This document shows, one piece after another, positions 1 to 6,754 of a stretch of 12,181 nt of DNA. The notes under the pieces are model-generated. The model was not told where the DNA came from. It was given only the letters and a program-made list of their open reading frames with translations, and did not search any database. Each line of letters begins with the position of its first letter. The first letter of the stretch is position 1. This DNA is from an archaeon (lineage in GTDB: Archaea > Iainarchaeota > Iainarchaeia > Iainarchaeales > CSSED10-239), in the NCBI GenBank assembly GCA_035387745.1, contig DAOOON010000006.1, positions 5,547 through 17,727 of the forward strand. Direction: 5' to 3'. The position numbers and the translations under genes are program-made.

Positions 1-207
1 TTCCAGTGTGTTGCTATTGTTTCGGGCATATGGGAATATAAGAAGAAAGCAATAATACTATATAATAATATTATTATTAAAATAATAATTTCGATTTTTT
101 TTAATTTAGTCATATTTTCACCAGTGGCATATCACAAATAAAAGATAATTAGTATTATAAATTGTTGTTTCTTTTATTTTTATTGTAAAATTAAAAAAGA
201 AATAACT

Positions 208-1968
208 ATGAAAAAGCTTGCGATTATATTTTTGTTCGTAGTCTTAATATCTGCGGTTATATATTCAGAAAATCAAAATAATATTTTAGAATCTTCTGCC
301 ATGAAAACCAAATATATTTCTTTAGATGTAAATATAGTTTTACCAATTAATTTTACAAATTATACAAGCAGTGATGAGTTTACTTATAAGACTGCAATTT
401 TTCAAAATTTAAATAATCAAAAAATAGACGTTTCTGCGTATTATTATGACAATGATGGCACAAAGATATTAGGAGAAATATTAACAGAAGGCGAAAACAA
501 ATATGCTTTTTTCAAAATTAAGCCAATTACTAAAAATCAATACGTTTTTTATATCTCTGGCCAAATAGTTTCAGAAGATAAATTTGTTTTAGAAAATTTA
601 AGAGCAGAGCTAATACCAATTACTGAAGAAATTAAAGAATATACAAAATCAACTAAATTTATACAATCAGATAGTAGCGAGATTAGAACAGTAGCAAACT
701 ATCTAAAGAAAAGCAATGATTTAGAGAATTTAGTGTATGTAACAAATTGGATTCACACATATTTAACTTATGATATGGATTATGTTTCTATGGTTAATGA
801 TTCTTTATCAGTCTTATCCAATGCAAAGGGAGTTTGCGACGAGTTTGCGATCCTTGAGGCAGCAATATTAAGAGCTCAAGGTTATCCGGTAAAATATGTT
901 GTAGGATATGCAAACACCAGTCAAGAATGGGGCCCACACGCCTGGTTAGATGTATATATACCGGGATATGGCTGGATTGCTGTAGACCCTACATATAACG
1001 AAGTAGGAAGTGTTGATGCAACTCACATAGTTATTGAAAAATTAAAAGACCCCAGAGATTCAAAAGACAGCGTGACTTCTACAAATGATGTAGCTGTAAA
1101 ATTTGGAGATAAAAAACAATATTTTACTCATCAGGAAGTAAAAACCTATGAGCAATTAGGATTAGGTAATGACTTGGACATAGACGTTATAATGCCAAGA
1201 GAAGCATATCAGAGTAGTCCGCATATTGCTAAATTACAATTAAAAAACAAAACAAATAATCACTTAATGGTCTTAATTGCAAGTCAATTAGCTCCAGATT
1301 TTAAACAAATTTATCCTAAAGCACGAAAAATAGTTTATTATCTTAAACCACTAGAGACAAAGAAATTTGATTATTATTTTAAATTACCAGAATTAGATAA
1401 TTCTTATATTTATGAGTTTAGTTATATTTCACAATATAAAGATAAAACCACTGACTTAAATATCTATCATAACCGTGGTGATTATCAAGAACTTTTCTTT
1501 GTATATGAACCCGTAATATATTATCAAAATGGATGGTTCTTTTTTGAAAATACAATTTTGAATTATACAAAAAAAGAAAAGAACATCTCCTATGCATTTG
1601 ATTATGACGGAATAGATTCTTCTGAGAATAAAAACATTTCAAAGTATTCTGAATTTACATATCAGAAAATTTTTAAAAAAATAGATAATGGAAATTTAAG
1701 TTATGTTTTGTCAGGAGATTATAATTCTTCTAACACAACTCAGATATTACCAACCATAGAAACACCATATGTTTTTGATGTTAATATTGATCAAAATGCA
1801 TTTCATTCAGAAGAAGACAAAAACAAATCAGAAATTTTTGAAAAAATAAAAGAGGATTCAGTTTTTGAAAAGCCAAAACCAAATTATTTAATGATAATTT
1901 TTGGGGGTGCCTTTATAGTGTTGATTATCGGATTATTTGTTTCTAAAATGATTAAGAAAGAACAATAA
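208..1968 (+). CDS. Transglutaminase-like (Transglut_core) cysteine-protease-fold surface protein with an N-terminal signal/anchor and a C-terminal TM anchor
   Basis: 586-aa ORF. Hydrophobic N-terminus MKKLAIIFLFVVLISAVIYS and C-terminal TM YLMIIFGGAFIVLIIGLFV followed by KMIKKEQ. Transglutaminase-core triad in the canonical order and spacing: Cys in GVCDEFA (codon 835-837), His in GPHAWLDVY (937-939), Asp in IAVDPT (985-987). Many N-x-S/T sequons, consistent with an extracellular glycoprotein. Confidence 0.8.
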   Translation: MKKLAIIFLFVVLISAVIYSENQNNILESSAMKTKYISLDVNIVLPINFTNYTSSDEFTYKTAIFQNLNNQKIDVSAYYYDNDGTKILGEILTEGENKYAFFKIKPITKNQYVFYISGQIVSEDKFVLENLRAELIPITEEIKEYTKSTKFIQSDSSEIRTVANYLKKSNDLENLVYVTNWIHTYLTYDMDYVSMVNDSLSVLSNAKGVCDEFAILEAAILRAQGYPVKYVVGYANTSQEWGPHAWLDVYIPGYGWIAVDPTYNEVGSVDATHIVIEKLKDPRDSKDSVTSTNDVAVKFGDKKQYFTHQEVKTYEQLGLGNDLDIDVIMPREAYQSSPHIAKLQLKNKTNNHLMVLIASQLAPDFKQIYPKARKIVYYLKPLETKKFDYYFKLPELDNSYIYEFSYISQYKDKTTDLNIYHNRGDYQELFFVYEPVIYYQNGWFFFENTILNYTKKEKNISYAFDYDGIDSSENKNISKYSEFTYQKIFKKIDNGNLSYVLSGDYNSSNTTQILPTIETPYVFDVNIDQNAFHSEEDKNKSEIFEKIKEDSVFEKPKPNYLMIIFGGAFIVLIIGLFVSKMIKKEQ

Positions 1969-2021
1969 AAACAATAGTTTATAAACATTTTTTATGTTAA
2001 TTATATTATAAATAAAATAAA

Positions 2022-2093
2022 ACGCCTGTAGTCTAGTGGTTAGGATGGGAGCTTGCCAAGCTTTCGGCCCGGGTCCGAACCCCGGCAGGCGTA
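2022..2093 (+). tRNA. tRNA-Gly, anticodon GCC, no intron, no encoded CCA
   Basis: Manual cloverleaf fold. Acceptor 2022-2028 pairs with 2086-2092. U8 A9 at 2029-2030. D stem 2031-2034/2043-2046 with loop AGTGGTTA. Anticodon stem 2048-2052/2060-2064 with loop TTGCCAA (U33, GCC at 2055-2057, A37). 4-nt variable loop. T stem 2069-2073/2081-2085. Discriminator A at 2093. It is the only strongly GC-rich island in an AT-rich spacer. Confidence 0.85.
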
Positions 2094-2102
2094 CTTCTAT
2101 TG

Positions 2103-2109
2103 TTTTTTT
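2103..2109 (+). terminator. Oligo-T tract (T7), candidate archaeal termination signal after tRNA-Gly
   Basis: TTTTTTT begins 10 nt after the tRNA 3' end. Archaeal RNA polymerase is known to terminate at oligo-T runs. It ends only 8 nt before the rnp4 ATG, so its function here is uncertain. Confidence 0.35.
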
Positions 2110-2117
2110 GAAAAATT

Positions 2118-2429
2118 ATGAAAGGTAAAGACGAATACAAGAAAAGAGTTTATTTTCTTATTGATTTTGCTATTTCTGAAAACAATTTAAAAACCGACAA
2201 TCCTTATATTAAAGATTATATTGGACTGGCTTTTGACATTTCTAAAAAGATTAATTTTAGATTCCCAAAAGAGCTTCATAGAAAAGTGTGTAAATTTTGT
2301 TATGGAATAAGAACAAGCAAGAACACAAAGGTACGCACAATAACAGAAAACAAAAATCACAAAAAGCAAAGATATCTGAAGATTCATTGTTTAGAGTGCG
2401 ATAAAATAAAGAAAATAGCACTCAAGTGA
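2118..2429 (+). CDS. rnp4: RNase P protein component 4 (Rpp21/Rpr2 family zinc-ribbon protein)
   Basis: 103-aa basic protein. N-terminal helical part RVYFLIDFA...YIKDYIGLAFDISKKINFRFPKELHRKVC, followed by CKFC (C-x2-C) ...KVRTI... CLEC (C-x2-C). This parallels archaeal Rpp21, recalled as RIDILFSLA...IPRKWKRRYCKKC...ARVRL...CLECG. Confidence 0.8.
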   Translation: MKGKDEYKKRVYFLIDFAISENNLKTDNPYIKDYIGLAFDISKKINFRFPKELHRKVCKFCYGIRTSKNTKVRTITENKNHKKQRYLKIHCLECDKIKKIALK

Positions 2430-2458
2430 AAACAAAACCTATTTAAACAAAACTATTC

Positions 2459-2466
2459 TATAAATA
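2459..2466 (+). promoter_or_regulatory. Candidate TATA box for the ribosomal-protein operon
   Basis: TATAAATA lies in the 167-nt spacer between rnp4 and the TTG 2597 start of rps19e. With the usual archaeal TATA-to-TSS distance, transcription would begin near 2485-2492. AT-rich background makes this weak. Confidence 0.3.
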
Positions 2467-2484
2467 TATTATAATACTTGTTTT

Positions 2485-2508
2485 TTGGCAAAGCATTGGT
2501 TTTGCCAA
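2485..2508 (+). promoter_or_regulatory. Perfect 8-bp stem hairpin (TTGGCAAA / TTTGCCAA, 8-nt loop), either a leader element or the rnp4 3' end
   Basis: Seen directly: TTGGCAAA at 2485-2492, loop GCATTGGT, TTTGCCAA at 2501-2508. It is preceded by a T6 run at 2481-2486 whose last two T residues form the start of the 5' arm. It is the only GC-containing inverted repeat in this spacer. Confidence 0.35.
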
Positions 2509-2596
2509 GAAATTCAGCAGAAATGCGAAATATTATCTTAAGTTTTCCAAAAAGGAAACAAAGAAAAAGAAATTTAAAAAACTAGAGGTGAATAAT

Positions 2597-3151
2597 TTGG
2601 CTAATGTAAAAGACGTCCCTGCTCAAGTTATGATAACTGAGATAGCAAAGGACTTAAAGACAAACAAAAAAGTAAAGATGCCAGAGTTTGCAGAATTTGT
2701 AAAGACTGGTTGTAGCAGAGAGAGAGCTCCACAAGATGCTGATTGGTGGTATGCTAGAATGGCTTCTATTCTAAGAAAAGTAGCAATTAATGATAAGACA
2801 ACAGTTAATTCTCTAAGAACCTATTATGGTGGAAAAAAGAATAGAGGAGTAAAGCCTGAAGAGTTTAGAAAAGCAGGTGGTAAAATAATTAGAGTTTGTT
2901 TACAAGACTTAGAAAAATTAGGACTTGTAAGTAAATCCGAAGAAAAGAAAGGAAGAATAATAACTCCTGCTGGTCAAAAGTATTTAGACAAGATGGCTGA
3001 TACAATATTAAAGGACTATAACAAATACAAGATTGTTAAGAAAGAAAAAGAAATAGTAATTACAAAAGACACAAAAGAGAAATCTGTGTTTGAAGGTTCA
3101 GAAAAGAAAGGGAAGAAAGATAATAAGAAGAAACAGGAGGTTGAAGAATAA
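2597..3151 (+). CDS. rps19e: 30S ribosomal protein S19e (eS19) with a Lys/Glu-rich C-terminal tail
   Basis: MANVKDVPAQVMITEIAKDLK...FVKTG..RERAPQDADWWYARMASILRKV...LRTYYGGKKNRG..PEEFRKAGGKIIR matches archaeal S19e almost motif for motif. The ORF track starts at GTG 2588, but that GTG lies inside the Shine-Dalgarno-like AGAGGTGA (2584-2591). TTG 2597 sits 5 nt after it and gives the canonical MA.V.DVP N-terminus. Confidence 0.93.
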   Translation: MANVKDVPAQVMITEIAKDLKTNKKVKMPEFAEFVKTGCSRERAPQDADWWYARMASILRKVAINDKTTVNSLRTYYGGKKNRGVKPEEFRKAGGKIIRVCLQDLEKLGLVSKSEEKKGRIITPAGQKYLDKMADTILKDYNKYKIVKKEKEIVITKDTKEKSVFEGSEKKGKKDNKKKQEVEE

Positions 3152-3465
3152 TGGCAAAACAAAAATCAAGAGAAAAGAAAGAATTTCTAATTGCTCAGAG
3201 AGATAAAGTTGGTCCAGGTTACTTAAATACTCCTGTTTGGATTATTCAAAAAGCAGGAAAAAGAATTTGGAACAGAAGACAGAAAAGAAACTGGAAGCAA
3301 ACAGAATTCGGAGACGAGTTTAGAAAATTACAAATAAAGAAAGCAGATGCTGTAAAAAAGACTGCTAGAGTGAGCGGAAAGAAAGAAAAAAGCTCAAGAA
3401 GAAAAGTAAGAAAGACAAGAAACACAGTGATTGTAAGAAATCCAATAAAGAAAAAGAGGAAGTGA
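3151..3465 (+). CDS. rpl39e: 50S ribosomal protein L39e (eL39) with a roughly 50-aa basic C-terminal extension
   Basis: The N-terminal half MAKQKSREKKEFLIAQ...NTPVWIIQKAGKRIWNRRQKRNWKQTEF resembles eL39, recalled as ...RVPVWV..KT.R.V...KRRHWRRTKL. The position between S19e and L31e matches the conserved cluster. GGAGGT at 3135-3140. The start overlaps the rps19e stop (TAATG). Confidence 0.8.
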   Translation: MAKQKSREKKEFLIAQRDKVGPGYLNTPVWIIQKAGKRIWNRRQKRNWKQTEFGDEFRKLQIKKADAVKKTARVSGKKEKSSRRKVRKTRNTVIVRNPIKKKRK

Positions 3466-3472
3466 TTGATAT

Positions 3473-3907
3473 ATGCCAAGTGAAAATTATATAATACCCT
3501 TAAACAAGGTTTATGATAACAAACCAAGAAGCAGAAGAGCAAATAATGCAATTACTGAAATCTTTAACTTTCTTAAGAAACACACAAGAATGGAAAAGAA
3601 GGATGTAATTATTTCAAAAGAAGTTAACGAAGCAATCTGGAGTAGAAGTATTCAAAACCCTCCAAGAAAGATAGCAATAAGCTTAAAGATAGATTCTGGT
3701 AAGGCTTATGTCTTCTTGAAAGATTCAAAAGAATTTAAAGATTTTGGAAAAGCTCCAGAACAGAAGGAAAAGCCAAAACTAAAAGAAGCAGTACAAAAAG
3801 CAGTTAAAGATGCAACATCTCAAAAGAAAATGACAGCAAAGACTGTAAAAAAGATGAGCGGAAAAACTGAAAAGAGAGCCGCAGAGAAAACGGAGTCAAT
3901 AAGCTGA
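3473..3907 (+). CDS. rpl31e: 50S ribosomal protein L31e (eL31) with a Lys-rich C-terminal tail
   Basis: YIIPLNKVY...PRSRRANNAITEIFNFLKKHT....VIISKEVNEAIWSRSIQNPPRKIAISL matches the eL31 pattern (IPLR...KRA.RAV..IR.F..KH....V.I...LN..IW.RGI..PP.RIRV). GTGAT at 3462-3466 lies 6 nt before the ATG. Confidence 0.9.
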   Translation: MPSENYIIPLNKVYDNKPRSRRANNAITEIFNFLKKHTRMEKKDVIISKEVNEAIWSRSIQNPPRKIAISLKIDSGKAYVFLKDSKEFKDFGKAPEQKEKPKLKEAVQKAVKDATSQKKMTAKTVKKMSGKTEKRAAEKTESIS

Positions 3908-3914
3908 AAGTAAT

Positions 3915-4586
3915 ATGAAACTAGATAGATCAACAATTTACAATTCACCGTTTTTAAATATATATTCCTACTGTACAGAAAAGATTTGCTTAGTACCACA
4001 CAGTGTTCTTCCAAAAGAAGAAAGAAAGATTGAGGAGATTCTTGATGTTAAAGTAATCAAGGCTTCGATTAACAGATCTGGTCTTTTAGGAATATATCTT
4101 TCAGGAATTAATGAAAAGATAGTTGTTGAGAAAAACAGTATTCATTCAGACGAGATTGAACACCTTGAAAAAGAAGGGTTAAAGGTTAAGACAATCAAAG
4201 ATGAGAATAATGCCTTTGGTAATCTTTTAGCAGTTAATTCCAACTATGGAATTGCAAGCCCTCTTCTTCTTCCAGAAACCATTTCAGAACTAAGAAAATT
4301 CCTTAAAGTTGAGATTGAACAGAAGAACTTTGCTGGGCTTGATCTTCCAGGAAGTTCAATTTTTGTATCTGATTCTTTGTTTTTGATTAATCCTAGAATT
4401 GATATTAAGGAATTTAATTATTTCAAGAAAAAATTTAATGTTCCCGGAAAAGCAATAACTGCAAATTATGGAGACGTGTTTGTGGGAAACGACATCACAG
4501 GAAATAAAAATGGGATATTAGTTGGAGAAACAACAAGTAATATTGAAATGACAAGAATAGATGAGCTTGTTGTGGATTTAAAATAA
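3915..4586 (+). CDS. eif6: Translation initiation factor 6 (aIF6/eIF6)
   Basis: 223 aa, the typical length. Repeated pseudo-fivefold segments carry the expected motifs (NIYSYCTEKICLVP, NRSGLLGIYLSGINEKIVV, NAFGNLLAVNSNYGIASP, GSSIFVSDSLFLINP, GDVFVGNDITGNKNGILVG). Conserved position after rpl31e. Confidence 0.9.
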   Translation: MKLDRSTIYNSPFLNIYSYCTEKICLVPHSVLPKEERKIEEILDVKVIKASINRSGLLGIYLSGINEKIVVEKNSIHSDEIEHLEKEGLKVKTIKDENNAFGNLLAVNSNYGIASPLLLPETISELRKFLKVEIEQKNFAGLDLPGSSIFVSDSLFLINPRIDIKEFNYFKKKFNVPGKAITANYGDVFVGNDITGNKNGILVGETTSNIEMTRIDELVVDLK

Positions 4587-4602
4587 AACGAGGCGATAAA
4601 TT

Positions 4603-5085
4603 ATGGCAAAGGATATAAAAGAAAATAAAACCAGAAAAACAATAAAGCTTGATAAGAACCAGACAGTCAAATTATATCAAAACAAAGAAAAAGAATTACA
4701 AGGCATATCTCAAAGAGTTGAACAAATTGACGGCATATTACAAGAAATGCAGAAAGCAGAAATTGCATTAAAGCAAATAAAGAAATTAAAAAGCGAAGAA
4801 AAGATTTTGGTTAATCTTGGTGCTGGTGTTTTAATTGAATGTGAGGTTTCTAACAAATCCTCAATTAAAGTTATGCTTCCGGGTCAAATTATGACAGAAA
4901 GAGGCATTGATGAAGTAATTGAAGATATAGATAAGAGAAATAAAGAATTACATTCCGCAAAAGAAAAGCTAGTAAAATCATACAATCAAACATCACAAAT
5001 GCTTGAGCAGATATCTAAAGTCTTTAGAGAGATGCAATTAAGAGAAGAGCAAAAGAAGAAATCAACAGACACATCAATTGAATAA
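4603..5085 (+). CDS. pfdA: Prefoldin alpha subunit
   Basis: 160 aa. Coiled-coil N- and C-terminal arms flank two beta hairpins (ILVNLGAGVLIECEV and IKVMLPGQIMTERGIDEVIEDIDKR), which indicates the alpha rather than the beta subunit. GAGG at 4590-4593. Conserved position before ftsY. Confidence 0.85.
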   Translation: MAKDIKENKTRKTIKLDKNQTVKLYQNKEKELQGISQRVEQIDGILQEMQKAEIALKQIKKLKSEEKILVNLGAGVLIECEVSNKSSIKVMLPGQIMTERGIDEVIEDIDKRNKELHSAKEKLVKSYNQTSQMLEQISKVFREMQLREEQKKKSTDTSIE

Positions 5086-5105
5086 ATAAAAATGGTGTTT
5101 TTGAG

Positions 5106-6701
5106 TTGTTTGATTTATTAAAAAACAAATTTAAGAGCTTTACTGATAAAATCTTTGGTAAGACTAAAGAAGCCATTGCGCGCGAGCCCATGACAATCGA
5201 AGGTTCTCAGGGCACCAAGAAATCGCAAAGCGATTTGTTTAGTGCTAGCGAAACAGGCTCTGCTAAGGAAAAAACAGAAGAAGAAACCGCAACAATTCAG
5301 GAATCAGAGCCGGTTGTTGAAACTAAACAAGAAGAAACAATTTCTCAAGAAATACAGACAATCGCTAAAGAAGTTGCAGAATCTAAATCTATTAAAGAAT
5401 TAACCGAAGAAGCAGAAGAGTTAGAGAAAACTTTAGATGAGCCTCTAGAAGAAGACGCACTAATTCTTGGACACCCAAAAGTAGAAGTCCCAAAGCCTAT
5501 TATCGAACAACCAGAAATCGAACAGTCAATTCTAGAAGAACCAAAACCAAAAGAACACCATTCTATTTTTGAAATCTTTAAACCTAAGCCAAAGCCTCAA
5601 GTACCAATTGAAGAACCGCGCTTACCAAAAACAATTGATGAGCGTCCAATTCCAACTCCAAGAGCAGAAATTCGACCAACACCAGTTGAACCGATTAAAC
5701 CAGTAATTGAAAGGCCATTTCCAAAAGTTGAACAAAGACCAATACCAACAGAAGATTCTAGATCAGTCCCTCAAACAACAGCGGACTTAACCGTTAAGAA
5801 AACCACAGAAATAAAAAAGTCTTTTGTAACTTCTATTAAAAGTATATTCTCAAGCAAAGTTAAATTATCAGAAAAAGAAATTTCTGAATTCTTACAAGAA
5901 TTTGAGCTCTCACTTCTTGAAGCAGATGTTTCTATTGTTTCTGCAGAAAACATTTGTAAAGATCTAAAAGAAAAACTAGTTGCTGCAAGCTTTTCAAAAG
6001 AGAATCCACTTGAGGACATAAAAGAACATATAAGAGAGTCTCTAAAAACACAGCTTGACATTGATTGTGATATTAATAATTATATTGACCAAACAAAAAA
6101 ACCAGATAGTCCGTTTGTAATAATGTTTATTGGCCCAAATGGCGCAGGAAAGACAACCACAATTTCTAAGTTTGCTTATCACTACAAACAAGAAGGTAAA
6201 TCAGTAGTGCTGGCATCAGGCGACACCTTTAGAGCAGGAAGTATTGATCAACTTGAAAAGCACGCAAGCGCAATTGGCGTAAAAATTGTTAAGCAAAACT
6301 ATGGTTCAGATCCTGCAGCTGTTGCTTTTGATGCAGTTACTTCTGCAAAAGCCGGAAAGATTGATTATGTTTTTATTGACACAGCAGGAAGACAAGAAAA
6401 CAATATCAACTTGATGCAAGAGTTAAAGAAAATCAAAAAAGTAGTAAACCCAAACCTTACAATCTACATTGGAGAAGCACAGGCAGGCCAAGCAATTGTT
6501 GATCAAGTAAGTGGCTTTGAAAAAGAGATTGGAGTTGATGGCGTAATTCTAACAAAGCTTGATACCGATCCTAAAGGCGGCGTAGCAATTTCTATTCTAA
6601 ATGAACTAAAAAAACCAATCTTCTATGTTGGGACAGGCCAGACCTATGAGGATCTAGAGGCTTTCTCTCCGCAATTCATAATTGATAGAGTTGTGATTTA
6701 G
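5106..6701 (+). CDS. ftsY: Signal recognition particle receptor FtsY with a long acidic/Pro-rich N-terminal A-domain
   Basis: NG domain motifs are present: GPNGAGKTTT (G1), DTFRAG (G2), DTAGR (G3), TKLD (G4), GTGQ..EDL. TTG start at 5106 is preceded by GGTG (5094-5097) and gives the typical MFDLLKNKFKSF N-terminus. About 235 aa precede the N domain. Confidence 0.95.
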   Translation: MFDLLKNKFKSFTDKIFGKTKEAIAREPMTIEGSQGTKKSQSDLFSASETGSAKEKTEEETATIQESEPVVETKQEETISQEIQTIAKEVAESKSIKELTEEAEELEKTLDEPLEEDALILGHPKVEVPKPIIEQPEIEQSILEEPKPKEHHSIFEIFKPKPKPQVPIEEPRLPKTIDERPIPTPRAEIRPTPVEPIKPVIERPFPKVEQRPIPTEDSRSVPQTTADLTVKKTTEIKKSFVTSIKSIFSSKVKLSEKEISEFLQEFELSLLEADVSIVSAENICKDLKEKLVAASFSKENPLEDIKEHIRESLKTQLDIDCDINNYIDQTKKPDSPFVIMFIGPNGAGKTTTISKFAYHYKQEGKSVVLASGDTFRAGSIDQLEKHASAIGVKIVKQNYGSDPAAVAFDAVTSAKAGKIDYVFIDTAGRQENNINLMQELKKIKKVVNPNLTIYIGEAQAGQAIVDQVSGFEKEIGVDGVILTKLDTDPKGGVAISILNELKKPIFYVGTGQTYEDLEAFSPQFIIDRVVI

Positions 6702-6754
6702 ATATCCTTAAATACAGTAATAACCATAAGATATATAATAAAATACGAGAAAAT

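Noticed and set aside
1-29. Possible start of a minus-strand gene (ATG at 29-27, MPETIATHW...) running off the left edge
   Set aside because: Only 9 codons are visible, with no SD-like motif and no recognisable sequence. This cannot be supported from the window.
62-77. 16-nt perfect palindrome ATAATAATATTATTAT in the upstream spacer
   Set aside because: It is pure A/T low-complexity sequence in an AT-rich intergenic region. Such palindromes arise by chance and it has no distinctive flanks.
2577-2589. 13-nt exact repeat AAAAACTAGAGGT, also at 10823-10835
   Set aside because: In an A-rich 12-kb window a handful of 13-mer matches are expected by chance. The second copy is followed by no usable start codon, so it is not a shared regulatory element.
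2588-2596. GTG 2588 as the rps19e start. Likewise GTG 10564 for the wHTH gene and TTG 10782 for the toxin gene.
   Set aside because: GTG 2588 and GTG 10564 lie inside the Shine-Dalgarno-like motifs (AGAGGTGA, GTGAT) that serve the next in-frame start 9-12 nt downstream. TTG 10782 sits immediately after GTGAT with no spacer. The downstream starts give canonical N-termini or spacing.
3246-3551. 101-aa ORF antisense to rpl39e/rpl31e. Similar antisense ORFs lie at 1418-1642, 2187-2387, 3820-4014, 5771-6061, 9749-9931, 10621-10824 and 11230-11415.
   Set aside because: All are embedded opposite well-supported genes. Their low-complexity hydrophobic translations are typical of the reverse strand of purine-rich coding DNA. 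No independent evidence supports any of them.
5220-5236. Hairpin AAATCGC-aaa-GCGATTT within a locally GC-richer patch of the ftsY 5' region
   Set aside because: It is a short 7-bp stem inside a coding region with no obvious function. It is probably coincidental. The GC enrichment is noted under the FtsY finding rather than treated as a separate element.
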